A stretch of 64,000 bases of DNA from Endomicrobiales bacterium (GTDB taxonomy: Bacteria; Elusimicrobiota; Endomicrobiia; Endomicrobiales; JALOBY01), in assembly GCA_963796955.1 (NCBI GenBank), contig CAWCNJ010000002.1, forward strand, positions 1-64,000. Reading direction: 5' to 3'. The notes below the pieces were generated by a model that saw only the letters and a program-made list of their open reading frames with translations, did not search any database and had not been told where the DNA came from. Positions 52,186-60,917 of the stretch are shown here, in pieces. Each line of letters starts with the position of its first letter. Position 1 is the stretch's first letter. The translations under genes and the position numbers were made by a program.

Positions 52186-53472
52186 TTAAAACAACTTCAG
52201 TTTTTTATCCAGCATTATGGTTTCTTCCCGTTTGCGGCCGAGAGATATAAGCGGTATGTTGGCTCCTATCAGTTTTTCTACGCGTTTGACGTATTTTTGC
52301 GCGTTGAGAGGCAATTTCTTGAAATCGGTTATGCCTTTTATCGGGCCTTCAAAACCAGGCATTTCCTCGTAGACCGGCGTAACGCCGGCTTGCGCTTTGC
52401 GGGAGGCCGGGAACTCGGTTAACGTTTTACCTTTGTATTTGTAGGCGACGCAGATCTTAATGGTCTTGATCCCTTCCATGCAATCAAGCTTGGTCATGAT
52501 CATATTGTCTACACCACTCAGGCGGACTGAGTGGCGCACCAGCACGGCATCGAACCAGCCGCAACGGCGCGGGCGGCCTGTGGTAGCGCCGAACTCCTGG
52601 CCCTTTTCACGAAGAAAGGCACCGACGCTTTCATTCAATTCAGTAGGGAAAGGACCTTCGCCTACGCGGGTAGTGTACGCTTTGACAACCCCGAGGACAG
52701 ATTGTATTTTCGTCGGTGCAACGCCGGCCCCGGTGCAACAGCCGCCGGAAATAGGGTTGGAAGATGTTACATAAGGATAGGTGCCAAAATCAAGGTCGAG
52801 CAGCGTGCCCTGTGCGCTTTCAAAAAGAACGTTCTTACCGGCATTGATGGCTTTTTCAAGCATGATGCCGGTATCGGTGACGAACGGCAGCATGAATTTG
52901 CGCAGTTTCTGGTATTCGGCTAGGCATTCGCGGCGCACTTTCGCGACGGGAACGATCTTGCTGAGCAGCGGGCCTTTTTCTTTAAGGTTCTTTTCGAGCA
53001 AATCCATGAAAACATCTTCTTCGACATAATCTATGACACGGATGCCCAGGCGAGTAACCTTATCGGCGTAACAAGGACCTATGCCGCGCCTTGTGGTGCC
53101 TATACGGATCTTACCGCGCTCGCGCAGTTCGTCAAGATATTTGTGATACGGCAAAATGACGTGCGCCCGGTCGGAAATGAAGAGGCGGCCTTTGACATCC
53201 AGGTTTTTGCTTTTAAGGAGTTGTGCTTCCTGATAGAGGTTCGCGGGATCGATAACGACGCCGTTGGTTATAAGACAAACTTTTTTAGGGAATAGAACGC
53301 CAGACGGGATAAGGTGCAGAACATACGGCTTGTTTTCGTAAATAATGGTATGGCCGGCGTTGTTGCCGCCCTGGTACCTTACGATCAGATCAGCCTGCTG
53401 AGAAAGATAATGAACTACTTTGCCTTTACCTTCGTCTCCCCACTGTGTGCCGATGACTACTAATGTTGACAT
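52186..53472 (-). CDS. purA: Adenylosuccinate synthetase
   Basis: QWGDEGKGK, GGNNAGHT, GATTGRPRRCGW; start at MSTLVV. Confidence 0.98.
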   Translation of the reverse strand: MSTLVVIGTQWGDEGKGKVVHYLSQQADLIVRYQGGNNAGHTIIYENKPYVLHLIPSGVLFPKKVCLITNGVVIDPANLYQEAQLLKSKNLDVKGRLFISDRAHVILPYHKYLDELRERGKIRIGTTRRGIGPCYADKVTRLGIRVIDYVEEDVFMDLLEKNLKEKGPLLSKIVPVAKVRRECLAEYQKLRKFMLPFVTDTGIMLEKAINAGKNVLFESAQGTLLDLDFGTYPYVTSSNPISGGCCTGAGVAPTKIQSVLGVVKAYTTRVGEGPFPTELNESVGAFLREKGQEFGATTGRPRRCGWFDAVLVRHSVRLSGVDNMIMTKLDCMEGIKTIKICVAYKYKGKTLTEFPASRKAQAGVTPVYEEMPGFEGPIKGITDFKKLPLNAQKYVKRVEKLIGANIPLISLGRKREETIMLDKKLKLF

Positions 53473-53614
53473 ATATAACCTTTTGTTCAGAAATCGCGCC
53501 CTCAAACCCAGGGGAATCCTTCTCACCCGCCCTGCCGGGCTCCTTCGAAGCCGGCCGCCCTCGCTTTATCCGCCTACGCGGCGGCGCTTCGGGTCGGCTT
53601 CGATTCCCTAATAT

Positions 53615-53689
53615 TGGCGCCCTCAAGGGGAATCGAACCCCTGCCGCATCCTTGAAAGGGATGTGTCCTAACCGCTAGACGATGAGGGC
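53615..53689 (-). tRNA. tRNA-Glu(TTC)
   Basis: GCCCTCATCGTCTAGCGGTTAGGACA CATCC-CTTTCAA-GGATG ... GAGGGCGCCA. Confidence 0.97.
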
Positions 53690-53739
53690 AGTTAGTGTTT
53701 AATCAAAGTGCATCTATATCCTGAGCTCTCTTTCAAGTT

Positions 53740-53874
53740 CTTGAAAGGGATGGTTGCGGCTACGCATCGCAACCCGGGGCATCCTCGCTCTGCTGCGGTG
53801 CCCGCGCCTACCCATCGCTCCTGTTCGTCGCGATAGTCGCCCTAACCGCTAGACGATGAGGGCAGTTAGTGTTT
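53740..53874 (-). pseudogene. Duplicated 5' half of tRNA-Glu interrupted by an 88-nt hairpin-rich insert
   Basis: 53841-53874 identical to 53667-53700; 53740-53752 identical to 53651-53663. Confidence 0.8.
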
Positions 53875-53892
53875 TAGACGCAAAAGATCTTA

Positions 53893-53965
53893 TGAGCCCG
53901 GAGTGGTTCGAACACTCGACACCCTCCTTAAAAGGGAGGTGCTCTACCAGCTGAGCTACGGGCCC
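53893..53965 (-). tRNA. tRNA-Lys(TTT)
   Basis: GGGCCCGTAGCTCAGCTGGTAGAGCA CCTCC-CTTTTAA-GGAGG ... GGGCTCA. Confidence 0.96.
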
Positions 53966-54052
53966 AAGATAACATTGACAGAAAAGAACTCGGCGATTGT
54001 TTTACAAAGACAACCGGATAACCGGGGGTACTTGCTCCGTAATATCTGGGGT

Positions 54053-54081
54053 ATTCTACCAAAAGGCGGTAATTTTGTCAA
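54053..54081 (-). promoter_or_regulatory. sigma70 promoter for tRNA-Lys/tRNA-Glu (possibly extending to purA-carAB-thyX)
   Basis: TTGACA-N17-TAGAAT with TG extension. Confidence 0.75.
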
Positions 54082-54113
54082 ATAACCGGATCGTTTTTCT
54101 AAATCAATTGACT

Positions 54114-55301
54114 TTAAACGATACGGCAGCGGTCCTGCTCTATTTTTCGTCGTTCCGTGATATCGTGAAAAATACCCAGCAAATATTCTTTTTTTCCGAA
54201 CTGGATCAGTGCGGCGCTTATATCGACATAAACGATAGCCCCGTCTCGCTTTTTCAGCGGAACATCGGTAACGATCTTTTTTTGTCCCATTACGAGCGAA
54301 TCGAACTGAGACTCCTGGATATCATATTCGTTTTCAGGATGCAGATGTCGTATCGCCATGCCGCGAAGCTCATATTGGCTACGTCCTGTCAGATCGCACA
54401 TAGCCTTGTTGCACAGATATATTTTACGCGTTTCTGCGTCGGCAAGCGCAATACCGTCTATCGCATGGTTAAAAATAATCTCGAACCGGTCTTTTGAATC
54501 TTCCAGCTGGCCTTGCAGGGCTTTAGCTGAATTGGTAAGGTCTAAAAAAACCATCTCGAACGGCTTCAGCAAACCCACATTGAGAATTGCCCGGTAAAAA
54601 AGATAGAAGGAAAGCAGTTTGATGAAATGGCTCAAGGAATACATGACGCCGAATTCGCGGTCATAATTAAGCAGCGGTATCTCTACACAGATCGCAAGCA
54701 CCAGTCCGGCGGTTAATAGACCAAGGGTCTGCGCGGGTAAAAAAGTTTTTTTCTTTCGCACATGGAAAAGAGCGCCTGAAAAAAGCACGATCACAATGAA
54801 CTCGTTGATATTTTTGAATGCGGTGACACCGGTCCCGGGTACGAACGTTCGCGGCATAAAACCCCAGACATATACCGCCCCATACATAAGGATGGTTACC
54901 AGTGCGTAGATGCCGGTCACCGTATAGAGATTGATCTTGCGGCGCAAAAACAACGGTGCCAGGAGCAGCGCGGTCGCTTCCAGGTAGCGGGAAAGCAGCC
55001 CGGACTGGGTATACAGATCACTACCGGCCGAGGAGAATATACCAATACCGGTAAAAGAGAACAAATGCAGCACATTCATTATGCCGAAGAACAAAAAGGC
55101 GATGCCCAGGAACTGAAAGAAATCCGTATCCGGGAACTGCCGTGCGTTAAGACCGATCACGTATATCGTCCACGCGATCAGGATACAGCACAGCTCAATA
55201 AGAGAGTGGAACAGCACATAGTTTTCCGTGCTTATCCAGTAGAGAACCGTAAGTGCCGCGGCGACGCACACTATTTCCGCTATAATGCCTTTACGTTCCA
55301 T
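54114..55301 (-). CDS. MASE3 membrane sensor + PAS domain protein, no output domain
   Basis: NYVLFHSLIEL, FLGIAF...LHLFSF.G, G.TAFKNINE, HFIKLLSFY; PAS end GIFHDITERR then stop. Confidence 0.85.
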   Translation of the reverse strand: MERKGIIAEIVCVAAALTVLYWISTENYVLFHSLIELCCILIAWTIYVIGLNARQFPDTDFFQFLGIAFLFFGIMNVLHLFSFTGIGIFSSAGSDLYTQSGLLSRYLEATALLLAPLFLRRKINLYTVTGIYALVTILMYGAVYVWGFMPRTFVPGTGVTAFKNINEFIVIVLFSGALFHVRKKKTFLPAQTLGLLTAGLVLAICVEIPLLNYDREFGVMYSLSHFIKLLSFYLFYRAILNVGLLKPFEMVFLDLTNSAKALQGQLEDSKDRFEIIFNHAIDGIALADAETRKIYLCNKAMCDLTGRSQYELRGMAIRHLHPENEYDIQESQFDSLVMGQKKIVTDVPLKKRDGAIVYVDISAALIQFGKKEYLLGIFHDITERRKIEQDRCRIV

Positions 55302-55309
55302 GGTAACCG

Positions 55310-55510
55310 CTATTTCAACAACTCACTGCCGCATGCGGGACAGTTGTCAAAACCCGGATGATCGTGCTCGAAAACTATTTCCATACCGCAGGAAGAACAA
55401 ACGCTGTAGCCGTCTTCCAACGATCTGGAAAAACGTGATGAACGGGTATGCAGTTCAGGGTGAACGGTAATATCTTCCGTGAAAAACTCCAGCATGTTCA
55501 TAGACGCCAT
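55310..55510 (-). CDS. Small zinc-ribbon protein
   Basis: CSSC...CPACG; AAGGAG RBS; 8 nt from next gene. Confidence 0.7.
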   Translation of the reverse strand: MASMNMLEFFTEDITVHPELHTRSSRFSRSLEDGYSVCSSCGMEIVFEHDHPGFDNCPACGSELLK

Positions 55511-55543
55511 CGTGCGGCTCCTTTTTGGGCTGGGCCCTTGTAT

Positions 55544-55738
55544 TTACCGGCAGACCATACATGAATTCAGATACATCATTTCCGCCTTCAGGGCGCGTGA
55601 ACGACGCAGAAGGTCCGGCAAAAACTCGTCCGCAGATACATGTTGTGTACTGCGCCTGCTTTCAAAACCCGCGAACCACTCCACCCAATAACGCCCCTGA
55701 TCAACAGCTTTTTGTGCTGCCTGTGACTTTACGGTCAT
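55544..55738 (-). CDS. Hypothetical 64-aa protein (MTVKSQ...CMVCR)
   Basis: AAGGAG RBS 6 nt before ATG; fills the gap in the fur operon; overlaps fur 3' end. Confidence 0.5.
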   Translation of the reverse strand: MTVKSQAAQKAVDQGRYWVEWFAGFESRRSTQHVSADEFLPDLLRRSRALKAEMMYLNSCMVCR

Positions 55739-56228
55739 GGCTGCTCCTTTTTGCGCATTCCCCGCATACGCCGAAAAATTGTACCTGATGATGCTTAATA
55801 TCAAAATGGTACTTTCTGGCAAGCGCCGTCTGTGTCTGAAGCATGACCTCCGATTCAGCCTGCATAAGTTCCGTATAGTTAACTATCTTTCCGCAATCAG
55901 TGCAGACGATATGATGATGGTGGCGCGCGCTTCCCGATAGCGCCGCCAGTTCATAACGGGATTTGTGCTGGCCGAAATCAAACTTCATAACGTCTCCCAT
56001 TTTCACCAGCAATTCCAGGGTCCGGTAAACGGTCGCGATACCGACGCCGGGGTTAGCCTTGTGGATCAAAAGGTATACCTCCTCCGCGCTGAGATGGCGC
56101 GTAGTGTTCGTAAAAACATCCATTACCAATTGCCGCGGGGCTGTAATGCGATAACCGCACTTTTTCAGGCGGCCGGGAAGGCTGGGCTGAGATGATCGGT
56201 CCTGCGGTGAGTGTACGGTGTCTGCCAT
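55701..56228 (-). CDS. fur: Fur-family transcriptional regulator
   Basis: RITAPR, HLSAEEVY, ATVYRTL, HHHHIVCTDCG, CGEC. Confidence 0.93.
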   Translation of the reverse strand: MADTVHSPQDRSSQPSLPGRLKKCGYRITAPRQLVMDVFTNTTRHLSAEEVYLLIHKANPGVGIATVYRTLELLVKMGDVMKFDFGQHKSRYELAALSGSARHHHHIVCTDCGKIVNYTELMQAESEVMLQTQTALARKYHFDIKHHQVQFFGVCGECAKRSSHDRKVTGSTKSC

Positions 56229-56247
56229 GCAATATTTGCACCTTTAT

Positions 56248-56296
56248 GATATTGATTATCATTATCAATAGTATCGCAAACGAAGAAATTTGTCAA
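56248..56296 (-). promoter_or_regulatory. Fur box just downstream of a sigma70 promoter
   Basis: GATATTGATTATCATTATC (56248-56266, 17/19 match to GATAATGATAATCATTATC); TTGACA-N17-TACTAT (56296-56268). Confidence 0.85.
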
Positions 56297-56341
56297 GGGG
56301 TTTATCTAAAATCAGGAGAGTTATGGGAGCGGCAGGGAAAT

Positions 56342-56377
56342 AAAAAAAACCGCCGGGCCTGAGCTCGACGGTTTTTT
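56342..56377. terminator. Intrinsic terminator
   Basis: aaaaaaaccgccggg...ctcgacggtttttt. Confidence 0.75.
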
Positions 56378-56400
56378 AAATTATTGAACGGCGGGGGTTA

Positions 56401-56550
56401 TTACTTCTTTTTGCCAAGGATCTTGAATACTTTGGTGCCGCAATCGCCGCAAACGCCCGACGCTGCTCTCATGCCGTTCTTCATTACCACTTCTTTCTCA
56501 TCCTTCATGGTGACCTGCTTCTTACATTTCATGCATCTTCCTTCTGCCAT
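56401..56550 (-). CDS. 49-aa basic Cys4 protein (DUF5679-like), absent from ORF track
   Basis: MAEGRCMKCKKQVTMKDEKEVVMKNGMRAASGVCGDCGTKVFKILGKKK; GGGAGG RBS, own promoter and terminator. Confidence 0.88.
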   Translation of the reverse strand: MAEGRCMKCKKQVTMKDEKEVVMKNGMRAASGVCGDCGTKVFKILGKKK

Positions 56551-56598
56551 GGTGAACCTCCCCTTGAAAATTAGCTGCTTTATTGTTTCGTATGTAGA

Positions 56599-56627
56599 AT
56601 TGTATCACTCACCGTCGGTTTTGTCAA
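56599..56627 (-). promoter_or_regulatory. sigma70 promoter of the 49-aa gene
   Basis: TTGACA-N17-TACAAT with TG extension. Confidence 0.75.
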
Positions 56628-56632
56628 GCTGT

Positions 56633-57160
56633 TTATTTTCCGCTCACTGATGCGTATTCTTTTGGATAGTAAACAACACCGGCGGCACTCCTCAGCGCTT
56701 CAGGCTCCAGTTCTATGGCCATGAAGTTCTTTTCAGGGACCTCAAAAGAGGGTTTTATGCCCCATAAAGAGGCTGGTTTGAAACCGAATCTGGTATAGTA
56801 GGCCGCGTTGCCGAGCACTATCACCGACTTAAAACCAAGCTTTTTAGCTTTGCCGAGAGAAACTTTTACCAGTTTCCCCCCTATGCCCTTGCGTTGATGT
56901 TGAGGCAGCACTGCTACCGGGGCAAGGGCCAGCGCCGGTGTTATATTTGATCCTTCGACTATATCAACCGGGTAGAGCAGTATACAGCCTAAGAGTTCTT
57001 CGTAATGTTCCGCTACCAACAGCAGGCCGGGGTTAAAACGCTTCGTTTTGCGCAGTGCGTCCACCAGGTCGGCCTCACCGGCTCTGTTAAAGGCCCGGCG
57101 GTTTATTTCGTATACTTTCCCCTGTTCGTTAGTCCTTTCCGGCCTGATATGTATTTTCAT
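56633..57160 (-). CDS. GNAT N-acetyltransferase (YhbS-like)
   Basis: EADLVDALR, LAPVAVLPQHQRKGIG, VLG...YYTRFGF. Confidence 0.92.
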   Translation of the reverse strand: MKIHIRPERTNEQGKVYEINRRAFNRAGEADLVDALRKTKRFNPGLLLVAEHYEELLGCILLYPVDIVEGSNITPALALAPVAVLPQHQRKGIGGKLVKVSLGKAKKLGFKSVIVLGNAAYYTRFGFKPASLWGIKPSFEVPEKNFMAIELEPEALRSAAGVVYYPKEYASVSGK

Positions 57161-58197
57161 TATTTCCCTACGATCTTAATGGCTGCAAGCACCAGGGCAA
57201 CGGCGGCGTTAACATCCTCGATACTGAATACGGCGCTGGGTGAATGAATATAGCGGGTCGGGATGCTGATAACACCCGTATTGATACCCTGATTGTTCAT
57301 GTAAATGATCGCACCGTCCGTCATGCCTCCCTCTATTATCGCCAGCTGGTATTTGATTTTTCCATCCTGCGCGGCTTTTATCAGCATATTCTTGGTGGAT
57401 TCCCGCACCAGCACGCCGCGGCCGGAGGCTTCAATGAATGTTATGCCCACACCCGCGCCGAGCTTGAGCGGCGACTCCGTTTCCTTGATCCCCGGCGTAT
57501 CTCCGGCGATCGTGGTATCTATGGCAAGGGCGAAATCAGGATTGATAGCGAACGACGATGTCCTGGCTCCTTTCAGCCCCACTTCTTCCTGCGTGGTGGC
57601 AACCGCTATTACCTGAGCGTTAAGTCCCGACACATCGAGTTTCTCCATTATTTTCACCAGGGCGTAGCAGCCGATACGGTTATCCACGGCCTTGCCGTAA
57701 TACAGATCGCCGTTAAGCACGCCGGCGTTCGGCTCAAAGATCACCGGATCGCCGATGGAAACGCGTTTTTCCGCATCGTCTTTGTCCCTGGCGCCGATAT
57801 CTATGAACATATCTTCATACTTCATAGGCTTTTTGCGTTCTTCTTCCTGCTGCAGGTGCGGCGGCTTGGTGCCGATGATGCCGAGCACATCGCCTTTGGC
57901 GCCGCGCACGATAACCCGCTGTGCCGGCAAAACCCGGTCGTCGATACCGCCGATCTTTATAAAGTGCAGGTAGCCTTCTTTCGTGATACACTTTACCATC
58001 AGCCCGATCTCATCCATATGGGCAGCCAGCATTATTTTTATTTTGCCGTTCCCCTTCGTGGCGGAAACGTTGCCGAACCCGTCAACCGAGGCGTTACCGC
58101 AGGCCTTTTTAAGCTCTGCCTGCATGATAGCCGCGATGCTGCTCTCGTACCCGGAAATTCCCGGCGCATCCAAAATTGTCTTTAATGTAGCATCCAT
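57160..58197 (-). CDS. M42 family aminopeptidase
   Basis: SGYE, AAHMDEIG, KAVDNRIG, QEEVGLKGA, RYIHS. Confidence 0.95.
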   Translation of the reverse strand: MDATLKTILDAPGISGYESSIAAIMQAELKKACGNASVDGFGNVSATKGNGKIKIMLAAHMDEIGLMVKCITKEGYLHFIKIGGIDDRVLPAQRVIVRGAKGDVLGIIGTKPPHLQQEEERKKPMKYEDMFIDIGARDKDDAEKRVSIGDPVIFEPNAGVLNGDLYYGKAVDNRIGCYALVKIMEKLDVSGLNAQVIAVATTQEEVGLKGARTSSFAINPDFALAIDTTIAGDTPGIKETESPLKLGAGVGITFIEASGRGVLVRESTKNMLIKAAQDGKIKYQLAIIEGGMTDGAIIYMNNQGINTGVISIPTRYIHSPSAVFSIEDVNAAVALVLAAIKIVGK

Positions 58198-58200
58198 TGT

Positions 58201-59450
58201 CTACTCCTTTATACCTGCGGATATCGCTTTTATAGCGGTAATGCGTTCCAGCACCGGCGGATGGCTGTATTCCAGAAATACCTTCAGCGGGTGCGGCGTT
58301 AAATTTGAAAGATTGTTGACCGAAAGCTTTTTCAGCGCGTCTATCATGGCGCGGGGCTTGCGATATGTTGTCACGGCATAGGTATCAGCCTCGTATTCAT
58401 AACGCCTGGAAAGATAATTGGTTATAGCGGATAAAATTATCTGCAGGGGCGCAAAGAGAAAGCTGAAGAATACCAGGCCGGCGTATGCCGACATGTTTTG
58501 CACCCGAAAAGCATCGAACAAGCCTTTGTTATTTATTACCAGTGCCAGAGCGCCGAACATGAACGCCATGGTCAACGCCGAAATGGCGATGAATTTGTGG
58601 ATGTGGTGCTTCTTGTAATGGCCCATCTCATGCGCGAGAACGGACGTAAGTTCGTCTACGGTATGTTGAGAGATAAGCGTATCGAACAACACGATGCGGC
58701 GCAGCGCGCCAAAACCGGTGAAGAAGGCGTTGGCCTTGGTAGAGCGTTTGGAGCCGTCCATAGTGAAAAGCCCCTGCATTTTAAAACCTTCTTTAGCGGC
58801 ATAGGTTTCAACGGTTGTCTTCAGCTCGCCGTCGGGCAGCGGGGTGAATTTATTGAACAACGGCATGATAACGATCGGCGCGATAAAGAGTATGAAGATC
58901 TGTATCACCATTACGGCGCACCAGCACCATAGCGGCGCCCAGGCCCCAAAGGCGGTGAAGAACCAAACGACCAGCGAGAATACCGCGCCGCCCAGGACGG
59001 CTGTTAACGCCCAGCCTTTTAAAAGATCCAGAATAAATATTTTCGGGGTGGTTTTATTGAAACCGTACTGAGCTTCAAGTACGAACGTATGGTATGCCGA
59101 AAAAGGTATTTCTATCAACTGGGCCAGAAAAAGAGCGCCCCGACAAAGGCAAGGCCCGTCCAGACGTAATGATGCCGCATATTGCGCGCCCACAGATCAA
59201 GGGTGTTAAAACCGCCGAAGACCACGAAAGCGAGCAGCGCGGTGGTGAAAACGCTCGCCTTTACCAGGGAAAAATCAGTGGTGTCTTTCAGGTACTCCTG
59301 GGAACGCCGGTACTTCTCCTGATCATATAAACCCTGGAACTCAGACGGCAGTTCAGGCGTCAGGTGACGTTTGTTGAGCAGTTCCACGACCACATTCAGC
59401 ACATAGCCGCCCACAATGGCGAACCACACTATCAACGGTAATAAATTCAT
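58201..59450 (-). CDS. M48 family (Ste24-like) Zn protease, split by one missing base at ~59130
   Basis: DGSKRSTKANAFFTG, LAHEMGH, EYEAD, YSHPP; adding one T to a T5 run joins the two ORFs. Confidence 0.92.
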
Positions 59451-59456
59451 CGGACC

Positions 59457-60152
59457 TCACATTCCGGCGAGACTGCGCAGCTGTACTATCTTTTCTTCAG
59501 CTTTCTGGAAATACATAGGGTCTTTGCTGGCATAGATCTCAAGCCAGAGTTTAACGCTGCCCTTATAATCCCCGGTGCTTTCAAGAACATTTGCCAGGAC
59601 GGCCTTCAGCATGTTCGGGCAATTTGGCTGCCTGGCCGCCGTCATAAGCATCTGGATCATGTTACTGAAATCACCTTTTTGCTTGTATATTATAGCACTT
59701 ATATAGAGATGGTACTGCCAGAAAGGCTGTCTTGCATCGCTGGTCATACCGGCGCCATACTCATCCGTGACTTTTATCCCATACTCAAGCAACTGAAGCG
59801 CTTCTTCCGGGCGGCCCAGGTTCCAGGCAAGGCCGGCAGAACCGGTAAGATAGGCGTAACTGGCAAAAGGATCAAAATATACTATACGCCAGCAATACTG
59901 CAGAAAATCCTTATACTTATCAGCTTCATTTTCCCTGGTACCGTAATATTGCAAAAATTGCACCCAGGCAAGGGCTGCCCCTAAGCGCCGTGCGCCGGAG
60001 CAGGCCATGACCATGTCCATCATGGCGTACTGCGGCATGGGAGCGAATTTGATAGGCGTCAGAGGATATACATACGTCCTTTGGAGTGAAAACAAACTGG
60101 CAGAAAGCAGGAGACAAACCGCGATGAGCAGGCTGGTGAGTTTATTCGGCAT
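59457..60152 (-). CDS. TPR-like membrane-anchored protein (PilG/XapA-like)
   Basis: N-terminal TM, WVQFLQYYG, FDPF..AY, helical repeats; in operon with ABC pair. Confidence 0.55.
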   Translation of the reverse strand: MPNKLTSLLIAVCLLLSASLFSLQRTYVYPLTPIKFAPMPQYAMMDMVMACSGARRLGAALAWVQFLQYYGTRENEADKYKDFLQYCWRIVYFDPFASYAYLTGSAGLAWNLGRPEEALQLLEYGIKVTDEYGAGMTSDARQPFWQYHLYISAIIYKQKGDFSNMIQMLMTAARQPNCPNMLKAVLANVLESTGDYKGSVKLWLEIYASKDPMYFQKAEEKIVQLRSLAGM

Positions 60153-60917
60153 TTAAAATTCTTTTCTTTTGAAATACAGGACCGTCAGGCCGACGAGCAG
60201 GATAGAATAGAACAAGCCGTAAGCGGCGCCGGACAGGATCCAGATCCCGGTTATATTGGGAACGTTCCAAAAATCCCTGAGATTCAAATATTGAAAGTTA
60301 GGGGCGATATAGTACGCCAGCTTCAGCAGCAGTTTGGCGCCGAGATTAGGCATCTTATCGCTTAAAAAATACATTTCCGTGGAAAAATAGCCCAGGACCC
60401 AGAAGCAAACCGTGAAACTGATAGAGGTGACGGCGGAGGTTGAGGCCAATGAAAAAAAGGTGGCCACGGCACTCATGATCGCAATTTTTTCCGCCGAAAG
60501 GAGCAGGGAGAGCGGGTAACGCAGCGTGAAAGCCCATCCGTGCAGCAGTAATATCGCCAGATGCACCACCGCCATCGCCGCCATGCCGCAGTATACCGAC
60601 AACAGCATACCCAGTATCCTTCCGGCCAGATAATGCGTTCTGGAAACCGGGCGTGTCAGTATCAGATAGATGGTCTTGGACTCCATCTCTTCCAGTACCA
60701 GTGTCACCGCGGCAAAGATCGCCGACAGCAAAGCAAAAAATTCTATGGCCGCAAGACCCGCATCAAGCAGGATCCGTGTGGCCTGCGAGCTGCCGAGATT
60801 TGAAAGCAATATGGACATACCGATAATAACGACCCCGAACAAAATGATAATATAGAATATTTTGTTGCGCACATTCTCTACGAAAGTGTAACGGGCGATA
60901 GATAGTATTCTTTTCAT
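60153..60917 (-). CDS. ABC-2 type permease (PilI-like)
   Basis: IARYTFVENVRNK, EMESKTIYLILTRPVSR, FKRKEF; ATGA overlap start. Confidence 0.88.
   Translation of the reverse strand: MKRILSIARYTFVENVRNKIFYIIILFGVVIIGMSILLSNLGSSQATRILLDAGLAAIEFFALLSAIFAAVTLVLEEMESKTIYLILTRPVSRTHYLAGRILGMLLSVYCGMAAMAVVHLAILLLHGWAFTLRYPLSLLLSAEKIAIMSAVATFFSLASTSAVTSISFTVCFWVLGYFSTEMYFLSDKMPNLGAKLLLKLAYYIAPNFQYLNLRDFWNVPNITGIWILSGAAYGLFYSILLVGLTVLYFKRKEF

Noticed and set aside
57244..58185. Long plus-strand ORFs (313 aa here; also 18132..18938, 21973..22698, 62690..63586)
   Set aside because: Antisense to well-supported genes, with no recognisable motifs.
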